Source: Burkholderiales bacterium | GTDB taxonomy: Bacteria; Pseudomonadota; Gammaproteobacteria; Burkholderiales; SG8-39 | DNA length: 64,000 bases | NCBI GenBank assembly: GCA_035459025.1 | Contig: DATHYT010000085.1 | Location: forward strand, 64,133-128,132 | Direction: 5' to 3' | Part shown: positions 1-10,091 of the stretch, in pieces | How the letters are laid out: the number at the start of each line of letters is the position of its first letter | Numbering within the stretch: position 1 is the stretch's first letter | Notes under the pieces: generated by a model | Database searches by the model: none | What the model saw: only the letters and a program-made list of their open reading frames with translations | Told to the model about the DNA's origin: nothing | Position numbers and translations under genes: made by a program

Positions 1-1074
1 CAGGATCTCCACCGTCTCGTCCACCGAGGGCTCGACGACGTCGATCTTCTGGAAGCGGCGCGACAGGGCGTGGTCCTTCTCGAACACGCCGCGGTACTCG
101 TTGTACGTGGTGGCGCCGATGCACTTCAGCTGCCCGGTGGAGAGCACGGGCTTCAGCAAATTGGAGGCGTCCAGCGTGCCGCCCGAGGCGGCGCCGGCGC
201 CGATGACCGTATGGATCTCGTCGATGAAGAGAATCGCGTTGGGGTTGTCCACCAACTGCTTCAGCACCGCCTTCAGGCGCTGCTCGAAGTCGCCGCGGTA
301 CTTGGTGCCGGCGAGGAGGGCCCCCATATCGAGCGCGTAGACCGTGCTGCGCGCGAGCAGCTCGGGCACATTCGACTCGATGATTCTGCGCGCCAGCCCC
401 TCGGCGATCGCGGTCTTGCCGACGCCGGCCTCGCCCACCAGCAGGGGATTGTTCTTGCGCCGGCGGCACAGTGTCTGGATCACGCGCTCCAGCTCGCGCT
501 CGCGGCCGATCAACGGATCGATCTTGCCGGCGAGCGCAAGCGCGTTCAGGTTCTGCGTGTAGTTGTCGAGCGGGCTGTTGGAGGGCTCGGCCTGCGCCTC
601 GTCGCCGGCCTCCTGCTCGGCCTTGCCGGCGTGCGGCTGCGGCGTCTTGGTGATGCCGTGCGAGATGTAATTGACGACATCGAGCCGGGTCACACCCTGC
701 TGCTGCAGGAAGTACACCGCGTGCGAATCCTTCTCGCCGAAGATCGCCACCAGCACGTTGGCGCCGGTGACTTCCTTCTTGCCCGAGGACTGCACGTGCA
801 GGATGGCGCGCTGGATGACGCGCTGGAAGCCGAGGGTGGGCTGCGTGTCAACCTCGCGATCGGCGGCGATGCGCGGCGTCTGCTCGGCGACGTGCTGGGT
901 CAGGCTCTTGCGCAGCTCGTCCAGATTGGCGCCGCAGGCGCGCAGCACTTCGGCCGCCGTGGGGTTGTCGAGCAGCGCCAGCAGCAGGTGCTCTACGGTG
1001 ATGAACTCGTGCCGCTTCTGGCGCGCTTCGACGAACGCCATGTGCAGGCTGACTTCGAGCTCCTGGGCGATCAT
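1..1074 (-). CDS. clpA: ATP-dependent Clp protease ATP-binding subunit ClpA, N-terminal ~358 codons (gene continues past window start)
   Basis: Reverse translation from the ATG at 1074-1072 reads MIAQELEVSLHMAFVEARQKRHEFITVEHLLLALL... A Walker A motif LLVGEAGVGKT lies near 400-440. The gene starts 1 nt after the clpS stop. It is absent from the ORF track because no stop falls inside the window. Confidence 0.95.
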   Translation of the reverse strand, partial: MIAQELEVSLHMAFVEARQKRHEFITVEHLLLALLDNPTAAEVLRACGANLDELRKSLTQHVAEQTPRIAADREVDTQPTLGFQRVIQRAILHVQSSGKKEVTGANVLVAIFGEKDSHAVYFLQQQGVTRLDVVNYISHGITKTPQPHAGKAEQEAGDEAQAEPSNSPLDNYTQNLNALALAGKIDPLIGRERELERVIQTLCRRRKNNPLLVGEAGVGKTAIAEGLARRIIESNVPELLARSTVYALDMGALLAGTKYRGDFEQRLKAVLKQLVDNPNAILFIDEIHTVIGAGAASGGTLDASNLLKPVLSTGQLKCIGATTYNEYRGVFEKDHALSRRFQKIDVVEPSVDETVEIL

Positions 1075-1075
1075 G

Positions 1076-1381
1076 CTACGTTTCCTCCATCACACATTGC
1101 AGCGGATGCTGGTGGCGCCGCGCGTACCCCGCGACCTGCTGCACCTTGGTGCTGGCGATATCCTGAGGATACACGCCGCACACCCCGATGCCCTCGCGAT
1201 GCACCTTCAGCATGACCTGCGTGGCACGCTCGCGCGTCATGCCGAAGAACTTCTGCAGCACCATCACCACGAACTCCATCGGCGTGTAATCGTCGTTGAG
1301 CAGCATGACCTTGAACATCGGCGGCGGCTGCAGCTTGCTCCGCTGCGCCTCGAGCAGAATGTCGTCCTTGAACTGCGCCAT
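1076..1381 (-). CDS. clpS: ATP-dependent Clp protease adaptor ClpS
   Basis: 101 aa with the ClpS core [20 protein letters not shown] at 1381. It lies directly upstream of clpA, as in E. coli. Confidence 0.95.
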   Translation of the reverse strand: MAQFKDDILLEAQRSKLQPPPMFKVMLLNDDYTPMEFVVMVLQKFFGMTRERATQVMLKVHREGIGVCGVYPQDIASTKVQQVAGYARRHQHPLQCVMEET

Positions 1382-1542
1382 GCCGCTTAAGAGTCGCTGC
1401 CAAGCTCAATCCGATCGGACATGCCCTTTAAGTTTCCGTTCCCGCACTCCGTGCAATGTGTGAATCGCCGGGCATAACCGCGCCCGCTGATGGCTATCCT
1501 AATCAATGTGTTCGGCGCGCGCAACGCGCCGCCAGGGGGGTC

Positions 1543-1571
1543 TTGACGGGTTCTGGGAAGCCGGGTAGAAG
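1543..1571 (+). promoter_or_regulatory. Sigma70-like promoter of the cold-shock gene (TTGACG-17-TAGAAG)
   Basis: TTGACG at 1543-1548, a 17-nt spacer, then TAGAAG at 1566-1571. This would give a ~115-nt 5' UTR, as is typical of cspA-family mRNAs. Confidence 0.45.
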
Positions 1572-1693
1572 CCGCCTTGTGTTTGGATTCAGGCTGTCTG
1601 TAACGCCATAGGAAAGGGCGGCGGCGACGTGAGTTTCAAGCATGGCCCGGGCGAGGTGTCCGGCGTACTCCAACCAACACAAGGGATGCGGCA

Positions 1694-1897
1694 ATGGCGA
1701 CAGGCACCGTGAAGTGGTTCAACGACGCGAAGGGGTACGGCTTCATCACGCCGGATGACGGCAGCGAAGACCTGTTCGCGCATTTCTCGGCCATCCAGAT
1801 GGCGGGCTTCAAGACCCTCAAGGAGGGCATGAAGGTGAGCTTCGACGTGGTGCAGGGGCCCAAGGGCAAGCAGGCCTCGAACATCAACAAGGTCTGA
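1694..1897 (+). CDS. cspD: Cold-shock domain protein (CspD/CspA family)
   Basis: 67 aa with RNP1 KGYGFI and RNP2 DLFAHF motifs. The QGPKGKQAS tail resembles CspD. It is divergent from clpS-clpA, as cspD is in E. coli. Confidence 0.9.
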   Translation: MATGTVKWFNDAKGYGFITPDDGSEDLFAHFSAIQMAGFKTLKEGMKVSFDVVQGPKGKQASNINKV

Positions 1898-1915
1898 GCG
1901 CCGCATCCGCAAGCG

Positions 1916-1946
1916 AAAAGGGCCGCGCCAGCGGCCCTTTTTCTTT
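1916..1946. terminator. Bidirectional rho-independent terminator between convergent csp and icd
   Basis: Hairpin GGGCCGC-GCCA-GCGGCCC at 1920-1937, flanked by AAAA (1916-1919) and TTTTT (1938-1942). Confidence 0.7.
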
Positions 1947-1966
1947 GCGGCGGCGCCGGCGCGCTG

Positions 1967-3223
1967 CTACATGCGCTCGATCATCGCCTGGCCGAAGCCG
2001 GAGCACGACACCTGCTTGGCGCCCTGCATCAGGCGCGCGAAGTCGTAGGTCACCACCTTGTCGGCAATCGCCTTCTCCATCGAGCGCACGATTACGTCGG
2101 CGGCCTCGGTCCAGCCCATGTGCCGCAGCATCATCTCGGCGGACAGGATCTCCGAGCCCGGATTGACGTAGTCCTTGCCGGCGTACTTCGGTGCGGTGCC
2201 GTGGGTGGCCTCGAACATGGCGATCGAGTCGCTCATGTTGGCGCCCGGCGCGATGCCGATGCCGCCGACCTGCGCGGCAAGCGCGTCCGAGACGTAGTCG
2301 CCGTTCAGGTTCATGGTGGCGATCACGTCGTACTCCGCCGGGCGCAGCAGGATCTGCTGCAGGAACGCGTCGGTGATCACGTCCTTCACCACGATCTCGC
2401 GCCCGGTCTTGGGGTTCTTGAAGCTGCACCACGGCCCGCCGTCGACCAGCTTCGCGCCGAACTCCTTCTGCGCCAGGGCGTAGCCCCAGTCTCGGAACGC
2501 CCCCTCGGTGAACTTCTGGATGTTGCCCTTGTGTACCAGGGTCACCGACTTGCGGTCGTTGTCGACAGCGTACTGGAAGGCCTTGCGGATCAGCCGCTCC
2601 GAGCCCTGCACCGAGACCGGCTTGATGCCGATGGCCGAGGTCTCGGGAAAGCGGATCTTCTTCACCTTCATCTCGTCGGTCAGGTACTTGATCAGCTTCT
2701 GCACCTCGGGCGTCTTCGCCGCCCACTCGATCCCGGCGTAGATGTCCTCGGAGTTCTCGCGGAAGATCACCATGTCGGTCTTCTCCGGCTCCTTGAGCGG
2801 CGAGGGCACGCCCTTGAAGTAGCGGATCGGGCGCAGGCACACGTAGAGGTCGAGCTCCTGGCGCAGCGCCACGTTGATCGAGCGGATGCCGCCGCCCACC
2901 GGCGTGGTGAGGGGGCCTTTGATCGACACGACGTATTCCCTGGACGCGGCGAGCGTCTCGTCGGGCAGCCATACGTTCTCGCCGTAGACCTTGCAGGACT
3001 TCTCGCCGGCGTACATCTCCATCCAGACGATCTTCTTCTTCGCCCCGTAGGCCTTCTTCACGGCCGCGTCCACCACCTTGATCATCACCGGCGTGATGTC
3101 GACGCCGGTACCGTCGCCCTCGATGTAGGGAATCACCGGAGTGTCGGGCACCGCCAAAGAAAAGTCCTTGTTAACCTTGATCTTCTCGCCGGTGGCGGGG
3201 ACCTTGATGTGCTTGTATGCCAT
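1967..3223 (-). CDS. icd: NADP-dependent isocitrate dehydrogenase
   Basis: ATG at 3223 ([15 protein letters not shown]...), 418 aa, with an SD CAGGAGC upstream. It is full-length Icd-like throughout. The 715-aa track ORF (1967..4114) is an artefactual 5' extension. Confidence 0.95.
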   Translation of the reverse strand: MAYKHIKVPATGEKIKVNKDFSLAVPDTPVIPYIEGDGTGVDITPVMIKVVDAAVKKAYGAKKKIVWMEMYAGEKSCKVYGENVWLPDETLAASREYVVSIKGPLTTPVGGGIRSINVALRQELDLYVCLRPIRYFKGVPSPLKEPEKTDMVIFRENSEDIYAGIEWAAKTPEVQKLIKYLTDEMKVKKIRFPETSAIGIKPVSVQGSERLIRKAFQYAVDNDRKSVTLVHKGNIQKFTEGAFRDWGYALAQKEFGAKLVDGGPWCSFKNPKTGREIVVKDVITDAFLQQILLRPAEYDVIATMNLNGDYVSDALAAQVGGIGIAPGANMSDSIAMFEATHGTAPKYAGKDYVNPGSEILSAEMMLRHMGWTEAADVIVRSMEKAIADKVVTYDFARLMQGAKQVSCSGFGQAMIERM

Positions 3224-3257
3224 GAAAGCTCCTGCGTGGATGCGTCGAATGGGCGCC

Positions 3258-3263
3258 ATTATA
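3258..3263 (-). promoter_or_regulatory. Candidate -10 box (TATAAT) for icd
   Basis: A perfect TATAAT on the minus strand, 34 nt upstream of the icd ATG. It contains the TAA stop of the upstream HupE-like gene. No convincing -35 element. Confidence 0.35.
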
Positions 3264-4380
3264 AGAGCTTCAGGTCGAACGCCCGCTCCACTAGCCACGC
3301 GGCGGCCAGCAGTGCGATCGCAACGGAGCCGCCCGCGAACGCCAGGCGGCGATAGGCCCAACGACGACGCGCAAGGAACGCCGCCGGCAGAAATGCGCCG
3401 ACGATTGCGAGCTGCCCAGCTTCGACACCCACGTTGAAGCCGACCAGTGACACGAGCAGGGCCTCGCGCGGCAGCCCGAGGTCGGCGAGCACGCTGGCAA
3501 AGCCAAAGCCGTGCACCAGCCCGAAGCCGAAAGCCACCGCCCAGCGCCGGCCGAGCACCCACGGCCTCAGGTTGTTGAGCGCGGCGAGCATGACCGAGAG
3601 CGCGATCACCGATTCGACGAGGCGCGAGGGCAGCGCCACGACGCCGAGCGCCGCAAGCGACAAGGTGATGGAATGCGCCACGGTGAACGCGGTAACGATC
3701 CTGAAGACGTCCCAGAACGCGGGCGCAAAGCGTGGCGCGGGCTCCCAGGCGCGCGCGCCGTAAACCAGCACTGCGGGGAGCAGAAGTGATACCAGGAACA
3801 GCGCGTGATCGATGCCGATCCAGATGTGCCACACCCCCTCGCGCGCGTAATCCAGGAACTGGCGCAGGCGCGACACCGTGCCAACCGCGAGCTCGAGGCG
3901 CGGGTGGTCCGGGCCCAGCACGCCGCTCGCGGTCGCGGCGCCTTGCTGCACCTGGAGCAGGCCGCGGTGCGTGGGGTCGAGGTCGGCGAACAGGCTGTAG
4001 TCGAACCGCAGGGTGCGCTGCGGCGCGGCGGCGCAACGCGCCTCGAATTCCAGTACGGCGTAGGCGCCGTCGCTGTGCTCGTCGACGAGCAACCTGCGCG
4101 ACTCGGCGCCGCAAGGCTGGCCGTCGGCGCTCAACGCAAGCCGCGCGAACGCGTAGGCCGCTATGTCGGCCTCGCGCGCGCGCACCTCGCCCCAGGTTAT
4201 GGCGCCATCGCCATCGGCATCCAGGCCGATGGCGTACTCAAGGTCGCGCAGCGCGATGTCCCACTGCCCTCGCAGCAGCGCGCCCTCGACCCGCACACGG
4301 AGATAACTGTCGCTCGGCTTGTGCGCAAGCGCCGGGCCGCCGGCGAATGCCAGCGCGAGGAACAAGACGACGGCCTTCAC
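3259..4380 (-). CDS. HupE/UreJ-family membrane protein with a long periplasmic N-terminal domain
   Basis: The GTG at 4380 overlaps the upstream stop (GTGA). Signal peptide [20 protein letters not shown] ~190-aa soluble domain carries the loop [12 protein letters not shown]. It is followed by multi-TM HupE-like helices ([18 protein letters not shown]). Confidence 0.8.
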   Translation of the reverse strand: MKAVVLFLALAFAGGPALAHKPSDSYLRVRVEGALLRGQWDIALRDLEYAIGLDADGDGAITWGEVRAREADIAAYAFARLALSADGQPCGAESRRLLVDEHSDGAYAVLEFEARCAAAPQRTLRFDYSLFADLDPTHRGLLQVQQGAATASGVLGPDHPRLELAVGTVSRLRQFLDYAREGVWHIWIGIDHALFLVSLLLPAVLVYGARAWEPAPRFAPAFWDVFRIVTAFTVAHSITLSLAALGVVALPSRLVESVIALSVMLAALNNLRPWVLGRRWAVAFGFGLVHGFGFASVLADLGLPREALLVSLVGFNVGVEAGQLAIVGAFLPAAFLARRRWAYRRLAFAGGSVAIALLAAAWLVERAFDLKLL

Positions 4381-5543
4381 CGCAACTCTGCGGCTAGGCG
4401 GCGCATGCCGTCGTGCTCGAATCCGGTTCGCGCTAGCCAGTCGAGTACCGGGGCCGCGGCGGCCGGGGCGCGCGCCGCGCGCGCCGCCCGCAGCAGTATC
4501 AGGGCATCGCGCGGCTCGCGCTGCGACTTCCAGTTCTCCGCGGCGGCGGCAAGTGCTGCACCGGCATCGCGCCGAAGCTCGAGCAGGTAGCGGGCTTCTT
4601 CCGCGAGGTGCAGCCGGTCGCCGCGCAGCGCCGCGGCGGCGAACCGCTCGGCGAGCACACGCGCCTGCTTTGCCGCTTCGGGCATACCGAGCTCGTGCAT
4701 GGCGAGCGCAAGGCGCAGCAACAGGGTGTCCGAACGGCCGCGGTCCTCGAGCAGCGCCACGACCTCGCGCTGGCGGCCCTGCTCCAGCAAGAAGTCCGCG
4801 TACGCGGCGAGCAGGAAGTTGTCGTCGATGCCGAGCGCGAGCGCGGCGCGAAAGTGATTCTCGGCCGCGGCGGCGTCGCCGAGGCGATCCGCCATTTCCG
4901 CGAGCCGCGTCTGCACCCACAGGCGTACGCCCATGTCGGCGTCGGCGTGTTGTTCGAGCGCCGCGCGCAGCCGGTCGTACGCAGCGCGCGTACGGCCCGT
5001 CGTGGCCTCGACATACGCGCTGCAGCCCGCGGCCAGCAGGTCGTCGCTCAGCGCCGCGAGCGCGGCGCATTCGCCGGCGGCCTTCCCATACTCCGCGCGC
5101 ACCATGAAGATCGCCGCCCGCCACGCACGGCCCTCGGCATTGTTGCGATCGCGCTCCAGGGCGAGCGCCAGTGCGCGCAGCGCACCGTCGAAATCGTGCC
5201 GGTACTGCCGCAACATCGCGCGCACGAGCAGTATGTCGGCAGGCGCGAGTGCCTCGTCCCAGGGCCGCAGGACCGCTTGCGCGTAGCCGACGAACCGGGG
5301 ATCGCCCTGCGCCATCGCGAGGCCGAAATAGCGACGCGCGAGCGCCGCGGCAGGAGCGGGATCCTTAGGGGTGGCGGCGACACGGGCGCGCAACTGGCGC
5401 AGCGCGGCCGATTCCGGACTGTCGCGCACCAGCGACAGGCGCTCGAGGATTTCCGCATCATCCGACGGCAGGCGCGGCGCAGCCGCGGCCTGCACGGTGG
5501 CAAGGCACGTCAGTGTCCCAATCAGGAACCTGAAGACTGTCAC
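4377..5543 (-). CDS. Secreted TPR-like repeat protein
   Basis: GTG start with signal peptide MTVFRFLIGTLTCLATVQAAAA. The rest is Ala/Leu/Arg-rich helical-repeat sequence. It is translationally coupled to the HupE-like gene. Confidence 0.75.
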   Translation of the reverse strand: MTVFRFLIGTLTCLATVQAAAAPRLPSDDAEILERLSLVRDSPESAALRQLRARVAATPKDPAPAAALARRYFGLAMAQGDPRFVGYAQAVLRPWDEALAPADILLVRAMLRQYRHDFDGALRALALALERDRNNAEGRAWRAAIFMVRAEYGKAAGECAALAALSDDLLAAGCSAYVEATTGRTRAAYDRLRAALEQHADADMGVRLWVQTRLAEMADRLGDAAAAENHFRAALALGIDDNFLLAAYADFLLEQGRQREVVALLEDRGRSDTLLLRLALAMHELGMPEAAKQARVLAERFAAAALRGDRLHLAEEARYLLELRRDAGAALAAAAENWKSQREPRDALILLRAARAARAPAAAAPVLDWLARTGFEHDGMRRLAAELR

Positions 5544-5703
5544 GGGAAAGGGGTTAATCCCAATAATATCATGAGGTTACAAAAAATAGGACAAAGGCCC
5601 CCGACTCGGTCAACCGCTGCGCACGTGCGGCGTTATTGACTGCGGGAGCGTGGCGGAAGCGCTGCGCCGACCCGCTACGGTGTACACCAACTAGGAGATT
5701 TGA

Positions 5704-5889
5704 ATGAACAAGCTTCTGACTGTGATCGCCGCCGCGATGTTCGCGGCCGTTAGCGCCTCCGCCTTTGCCGCGTCGCACGCCGGCGCGCCGATGAAGGAAG
5801 GCGAGAAGAAGGTGGAGAAGAAGGCCGACAAGAAGAAGGCGGCCAAGAAGAAGGAAGCGAAGGAAGCAAAGGAAGGCGACAAGAAGTAA
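5704..5889 (+). CDS. Small secreted Lys/Glu-rich protein (61 aa)
   Basis: SD AGGAGA 6 nt upstream. Signal peptide MNKLLTVIAAAMFAAVSASAFA, followed by a KEGEKKVEKKADKKKAAKKKEAKEAKEGDKK tail. A strong terminator follows. Confidence 0.65.
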   Translation: MNKLLTVIAAAMFAAVSASAFAASHAGAPMKEGEKKVEKKADKKKAAKKKEAKEAKEGDKK

Positions 5890-5904
5890 GTCGCCTCTTT
5901 CCCG

Positions 5905-5936
5905 AAAAGGGCAGGGTTGCTACCCTGCCCTTTTTT
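5905..5936 (+). terminator. Rho-independent terminator
   Basis: Hairpin GGGCAGGG-TTGCTA-CCCTGCCC at 5909-5930, followed by TTTTTT at 5931-5936. Confidence 0.75.
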
Positions 5937-5943
5937 GTTGCCC

Positions 5944-6378
5944 GTGAAGCGCCTTCTCCTTGTCCTGCTGCTCGCCGCAGCCGGCGGCCATGCGCAGCAG
6001 CCCACGTTGCCGACGGTCCAGCTCGGCGCTGGCATGCACCTGATCCGCGCCGAGGTCGCCGATCACGACGCCGCCCGCGCCATGGGTCTCATGCTGCGCA
6101 CCTCGCTCGCGCCCAATGGCGGCATGCTGTTCGTATTCGACGAAACCTCGGCGCACTGCATGTGGATGAAGAACACGCTGCTGCCGCTGTCGGTGGCCTT
6201 CATCGACGAGCGCGGCGCCATCGTCAACATCGCCGACATGCAGCCGCAGACCGAGGACTCGCACTGCGCGGCGCGGCCCGCGCGCTTTGCGCTGGAAATG
6301 ACGCAGGGCTGGTTCGCCGCGCGCGGCATCCGCGCAGGGTTTCGCCTGCGCGGGCTGGACCAGCTCAAGCCGCGCTAG
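5944..6378 (+). CDS. DUF192 domain protein (secreted)
   Basis: The GTG at 5944 (VKRLLLVLLLAAAGGHA signal) is preferred. The track start at 5917 lies inside the terminator loop. The sequence has a DUF192-like core (MLFVFD...CMWMKNTLLPLSVAFID). Confidence 0.8.
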   Translation: MKRLLLVLLLAAAGGHAQQPTLPTVQLGAGMHLIRAEVADHDAARAMGLMLRTSLAPNGGMLFVFDETSAHCMWMKNTLLPLSVAFIDERGAIVNIADMQPQTEDSHCAARPARFALEMTQGWFAARGIRAGFRLRGLDQLKPR

Positions 6379-6975
6379 CTACAGGCCCCCATTCTGCTGC
6401 GCCACCATGCAGTAGAGCATGGGGATCGACAGCAGCGTGTTCAGGCGCGAGGTCATGCCGGCCTTCTTTGCCGCCGCGGCCTTCTCCTCGGCGCCAACCT
6501 GCACCATGCCGAGCGCCTTCTTCTGGTTTGGCCAGATGATGAACCAGACGTTGAACGCCATCACCAGGCCGAGCCACATGCCGATGCCGATGGCGGTGAA
6601 CGGGCGCTGCAGCGAGAGCGCCTGCACCAGCCAGCCGCTCATGGTGGCGAGGAGCAGGCCGGTCACGATCGTCGCCAGCGCCGCCCAGCGGAACCAGAAC
6701 AGTGCCTCCGGAGCGATGACCTTGCTGATGGCGGGTTTGTGCTCGTCGGGGATCTTGGGCATCGACGGCGTCTGCACGAAGTTGAAGTACCACAACAGGC
6801 CGATCCACATCACGCCGGAGAGCACGTGCAGCCAGCGCATGAAGAACGCCCACCAGGCGTGGCTGCCCAGGTTGATCCAGGCGCCGGTCGCCTGGCCCAC
6901 GATGAGCAGGATGACCACCAGCACGACGATGCCGGCAACGATCGTGCGGCTGAGGGACGAAAGTATCGCGCCCAT
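6379..6975 (-). CDS. Integral membrane protein (about 5 TM); resembles short membrane-only proteins annotated as PuuD-like, name uncertain
   Basis: SD AAGGAGA upstream of the ATG at 6975. Hydrophobic helices run throughout. Its stop abuts the DUF192 stop (TAGCTA). Confidence 0.7.
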   Translation of the reverse strand: MGAILSSLSRTIVAGIVVLVVILLIVGQATGAWINLGSHAWWAFFMRWLHVLSGVMWIGLLWYFNFVQTPSMPKIPDEHKPAISKVIAPEALFWFRWAALATIVTGLLLATMSGWLVQALSLQRPFTAIGIGMWLGLVMAFNVWFIIWPNQKKALGMVQVGAEEKAAAAKKAGMTSRLNTLLSIPMLYCMVAQQNGGL

Positions 6976-7026
6976 GGAAATCTCCTTTGCGTGCTTGTGG
7001 TTAAGGGCAAAAAAAGTCTAGCATAG

Positions 7027-7767
<741 letters not shown>

Positions 7768-7769
7768 GG

Positions 7770-8864
7770 TCAGTTCTCCCTGAGGTAGTGTGCCCGGCCG
7801 CGCGCCAGCTCCCGCTCCAGATTCTGGCTGTACTGCGACATGGCGTAGCAGAAGGCGAAATACACGAGCGAAGCGAAGATGTAGGCCTCGACGCCGAACC
7901 CGGTCCAGGCGGGCTCGGCGATCGACACCTTGATCGAGGTGAGCAGGTCGAACAGGCCGATGATCACCACCAGCGAAGTGTCCTTGAAGAAGCCGATGAA
8001 GGTGTTCACCAGCGGCGGAATCGACACGCGCAGCGCCTGCGGCAGCACGATGAGCAGCGTCTTCTTCCAGTACGACAGGCCCATGGCGTCGGCGGCCTCG
8101 ACCTGGCCCTGGGGCACCGCCTGCAGCCCGCCGCGCACCACCTCGGCCAGGTAGGCCGCCGCGAACAGGATCATCGCGATCTGCGCGCGCAGCAGCTTGT
8201 CGATGCTCAGGCCCTCGGGCAGGAACAGCGGCAGCATCACCGAGGCCATGATGAGGAGCGAGATCAGCGGCACGCCGCGGATCAGCTCGATGTAGCCGAC
8301 GCACAGCACGCGCACCGCGGGCATGTCCGAGCGCCGCCCGAGCGCGAGCACGATCGACAGCGGAAAGGCAAACGCGATGCCGATGGTGGCCAGGAGCAGC
8401 GTGAGCATCAGGCCGCCCCAGCGCTCGTTCTCCACGTACGGCAGGCCGAATACGCCGCCCCACATCAGTACGCCGATCAGCGCCAGACCGGCGAGCCACA
8501 CGCCGGCGAGCGCCGGGCGCCAGAAGCGGCGCATCGCGCTCACCACGTACAGCGCGATCAGCAGCAGGATGCCGAGCGCCGGGCGCCAGTGCTGCTCGTA
8601 CGGATAGGTGCCGAACAGGATAAAGCGGTGTTTTTCGGTGATCAGCGCCCAGCAGGCGCCGGCGCCGCGCGCCTCGCGGCACGGCTTGGAGTCGGGCGCG
8701 CTCCAGATGGCATTGACGAACGCCCAGTCGACGAAAGGCACGATCGCCTTCCAGGCGAGGTAGGCGAGCAGCAGCGTGGCCAGCGCGCTCGGCACGCTAT
8801 AGAACAGGTTGCCGATGATCCACGACAGCGGCGAGGCGCCCGCGGGCGCATGTCTGGCGCTCAC
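7770..8864 (-). CDS. aapM: Amino acid ABC transporter permease
   Basis: The GTG at 8864 overlaps the aapQ stop (GTGA). It is a multi-TM permease with an EAA-loop region ([28 protein letters not shown]). Confidence 0.9.
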   Translation of the reverse strand: MSARHAPAGASPLSWIIGNLFYSVPSALATLLLAYLAWKAIVPFVDWAFVNAIWSAPDSKPCREARGAGACWALITEKHRFILFGTYPYEQHWRPALGILLLIALYVVSAMRRFWRPALAGVWLAGLALIGVLMWGGVFGLPYVENERWGGLMLTLLLATIGIAFAFPLSIVLALGRRSDMPAVRVLCVGYIELIRGVPLISLLIMASVMLPLFLPEGLSIDKLLRAQIAMILFAAAYLAEVVRGGLQAVPQGQVEAADAMGLSYWKKTLLIVLPQALRVSIPPLVNTFIGFFKDTSLVVIIGLFDLLTSIKVSIAEPAWTGFGVEAYIFASLVYFAFCYAMSQYSQNLERELARGRAHYLREN

Positions 8865-10078
8865 CGGCGCGCTCCCTTCAGCGCGATGCGCGCGTTGTAC
8901 CAGTTCATGAACGCGGAGATCGACAGGCTGATCGTCAGGTACACGGCCATGATCACCGCGATGCCCTCGATCGCCTGCCCGGTCTGGTTCATCGCCGTGT
9001 TGGCGATCGACACCAGGTCGGGGTAGCCGATGGCCACCGCGAGCGAGCTGTTCTTGGTGAGGTTGAGGTACTGGCTGGTCATCGGCGGCACGATGACGCG
9101 CAGCGCCTGCGGCAGGATGACCAGGCGCATGACGCGGCGCGGCCGCAGGCCGAGCGCCGCGGCGGCCTCGAACTGCCCGCGATCGACGGCGATGATGCCG
9201 GCGCGCACGATCTCGGCGATGAACGCCGCGGTGTAGAGCGTGAGGCCCGCGAGCAGCGCGGCGAACTCCGGCGTGAGCACGCCGCCGCCCGCGAAATTGA
9301 AGCCGGCGAGCTCCGGGCGGTTGAGCGCGGTCGGCGCGCCGGCGGCCAGGAACGCGACAAGCGGCAGGCCGAGGATCAGCGCCGCACCCGTTGAGAAGAC
9401 CGGGAAGATCTGCCCGGTGCGCGCCTGGCGCGCGCGCGCCCAGCGCGCGACCAGCCACGCAGCCGCAATCCCGGCGAGCAGAGTGACGCCCATCCACACA
9501 TGCACCGGGTGCGAAGCGAACACCGGGAACACGATGCCGCGATTGCTCAGGTACACGCCCGGCAGCGGGTTGAGCGCTTCGCGCGGGCCGGGCAGGTTTT
9601 CCGAGATGATCGCGTACCAGAAGAACAGCTGCACCAGCAGCGGGATGTTGCGCACCGTCTCGATGTAGCCCGAGGAGATCTTCGCGATCAGCCAGTTGTG
9701 CGACAACCGCGCCAGGCCGATCAGCGTGCCGATCAGGGTGGCGAGGACGATGCCGATCAGCGCGACGCGGAAAGTGTTGAGCAGGCCGACGACGAAGGCC
9801 TTGCGGTAGGTGTCGGCGGCGCCGTAGGCGGTGAACGGGGATTCGCCAATCTCGAATCCCGCTTCGCGGCCGAGGAAGCCGAAACCGCTCGCGATCTTGC
9901 GCACCTCGAGGTTGTGCGCGGTGTTGCTGGCGAGGTACCAGACCCCCAGCAGCACCGCCGCGACCAGCGCCACCTGGTAGATGAGGGCGCGGACTCCCGG
10001 GTTGTTGAGCGACCAAGACGCGCGCCGCTTGGCTGCGGCGCGCGCCCCCTGTCTGCTGTCGCCCGCCACGGGGCGCAA
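8861..10078 (-). CDS. aapQ: Amino acid ABC transporter permease
   Basis: Permease with AAFIAEIVRAGIIAVDRGQFEAAAALGL. The only nearby in-frame starts are the TTG at 10078 and the GTG at 10069. Confidence 0.85.
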   Translation of the reverse strand: MRPVAGDSRQGARAAAKRRASWSLNNPGVRALIYQVALVAAVLLGVWYLASNTAHNLEVRKIASGFGFLGREAGFEIGESPFTAYGAADTYRKAFVVGLLNTFRVALIGIVLATLIGTLIGLARLSHNWLIAKISSGYIETVRNIPLLVQLFFWYAIISENLPGPREALNPLPGVYLSNRGIVFPVFASHPVHVWMGVTLLAGIAAAWLVARWARARQARTGQIFPVFSTGAALILGLPLVAFLAAGAPTALNRPELAGFNFAGGGVLTPEFAALLAGLTLYTAAFIAEIVRAGIIAVDRGQFEAAAALGLRPRRVMRLVILPQALRVIVPPMTSQYLNLTKNSSLAVAIGYPDLVSIANTAMNQTGQAIEGIAVIMAVYLTISLSISAFMNWYNARIALKGARR

Positions 10079-10091
10079 CTGTCGGTGCGTT

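Noticed and set aside
1967-4114. A 715-aa ORF suggesting an N-terminally extended isocitrate dehydrogenase. Similar 5'-extended track ORFs are 3259..5124, 7027..8682, 7770..10016, 10092..11321, 17809..20178, 48214..49530, 55298..57127 and 59209..60801.
   Set aside because: Homology begins at internal starts that have an SD or a coupling overlap, for example MAYKHIKVP at 3223. The upstream parts overlap neighbouring real genes in another frame and are Arg/Pro-rich nonsense.
5790-5885. A purine-rich AAG/GAA tract that looks like a microsatellite.
   Set aside because: It is imperfect and in frame. It encodes the Lys/Glu tail of the 61-aa secreted peptide, so it is coding low-complexity sequence rather than a true tandem repeat.
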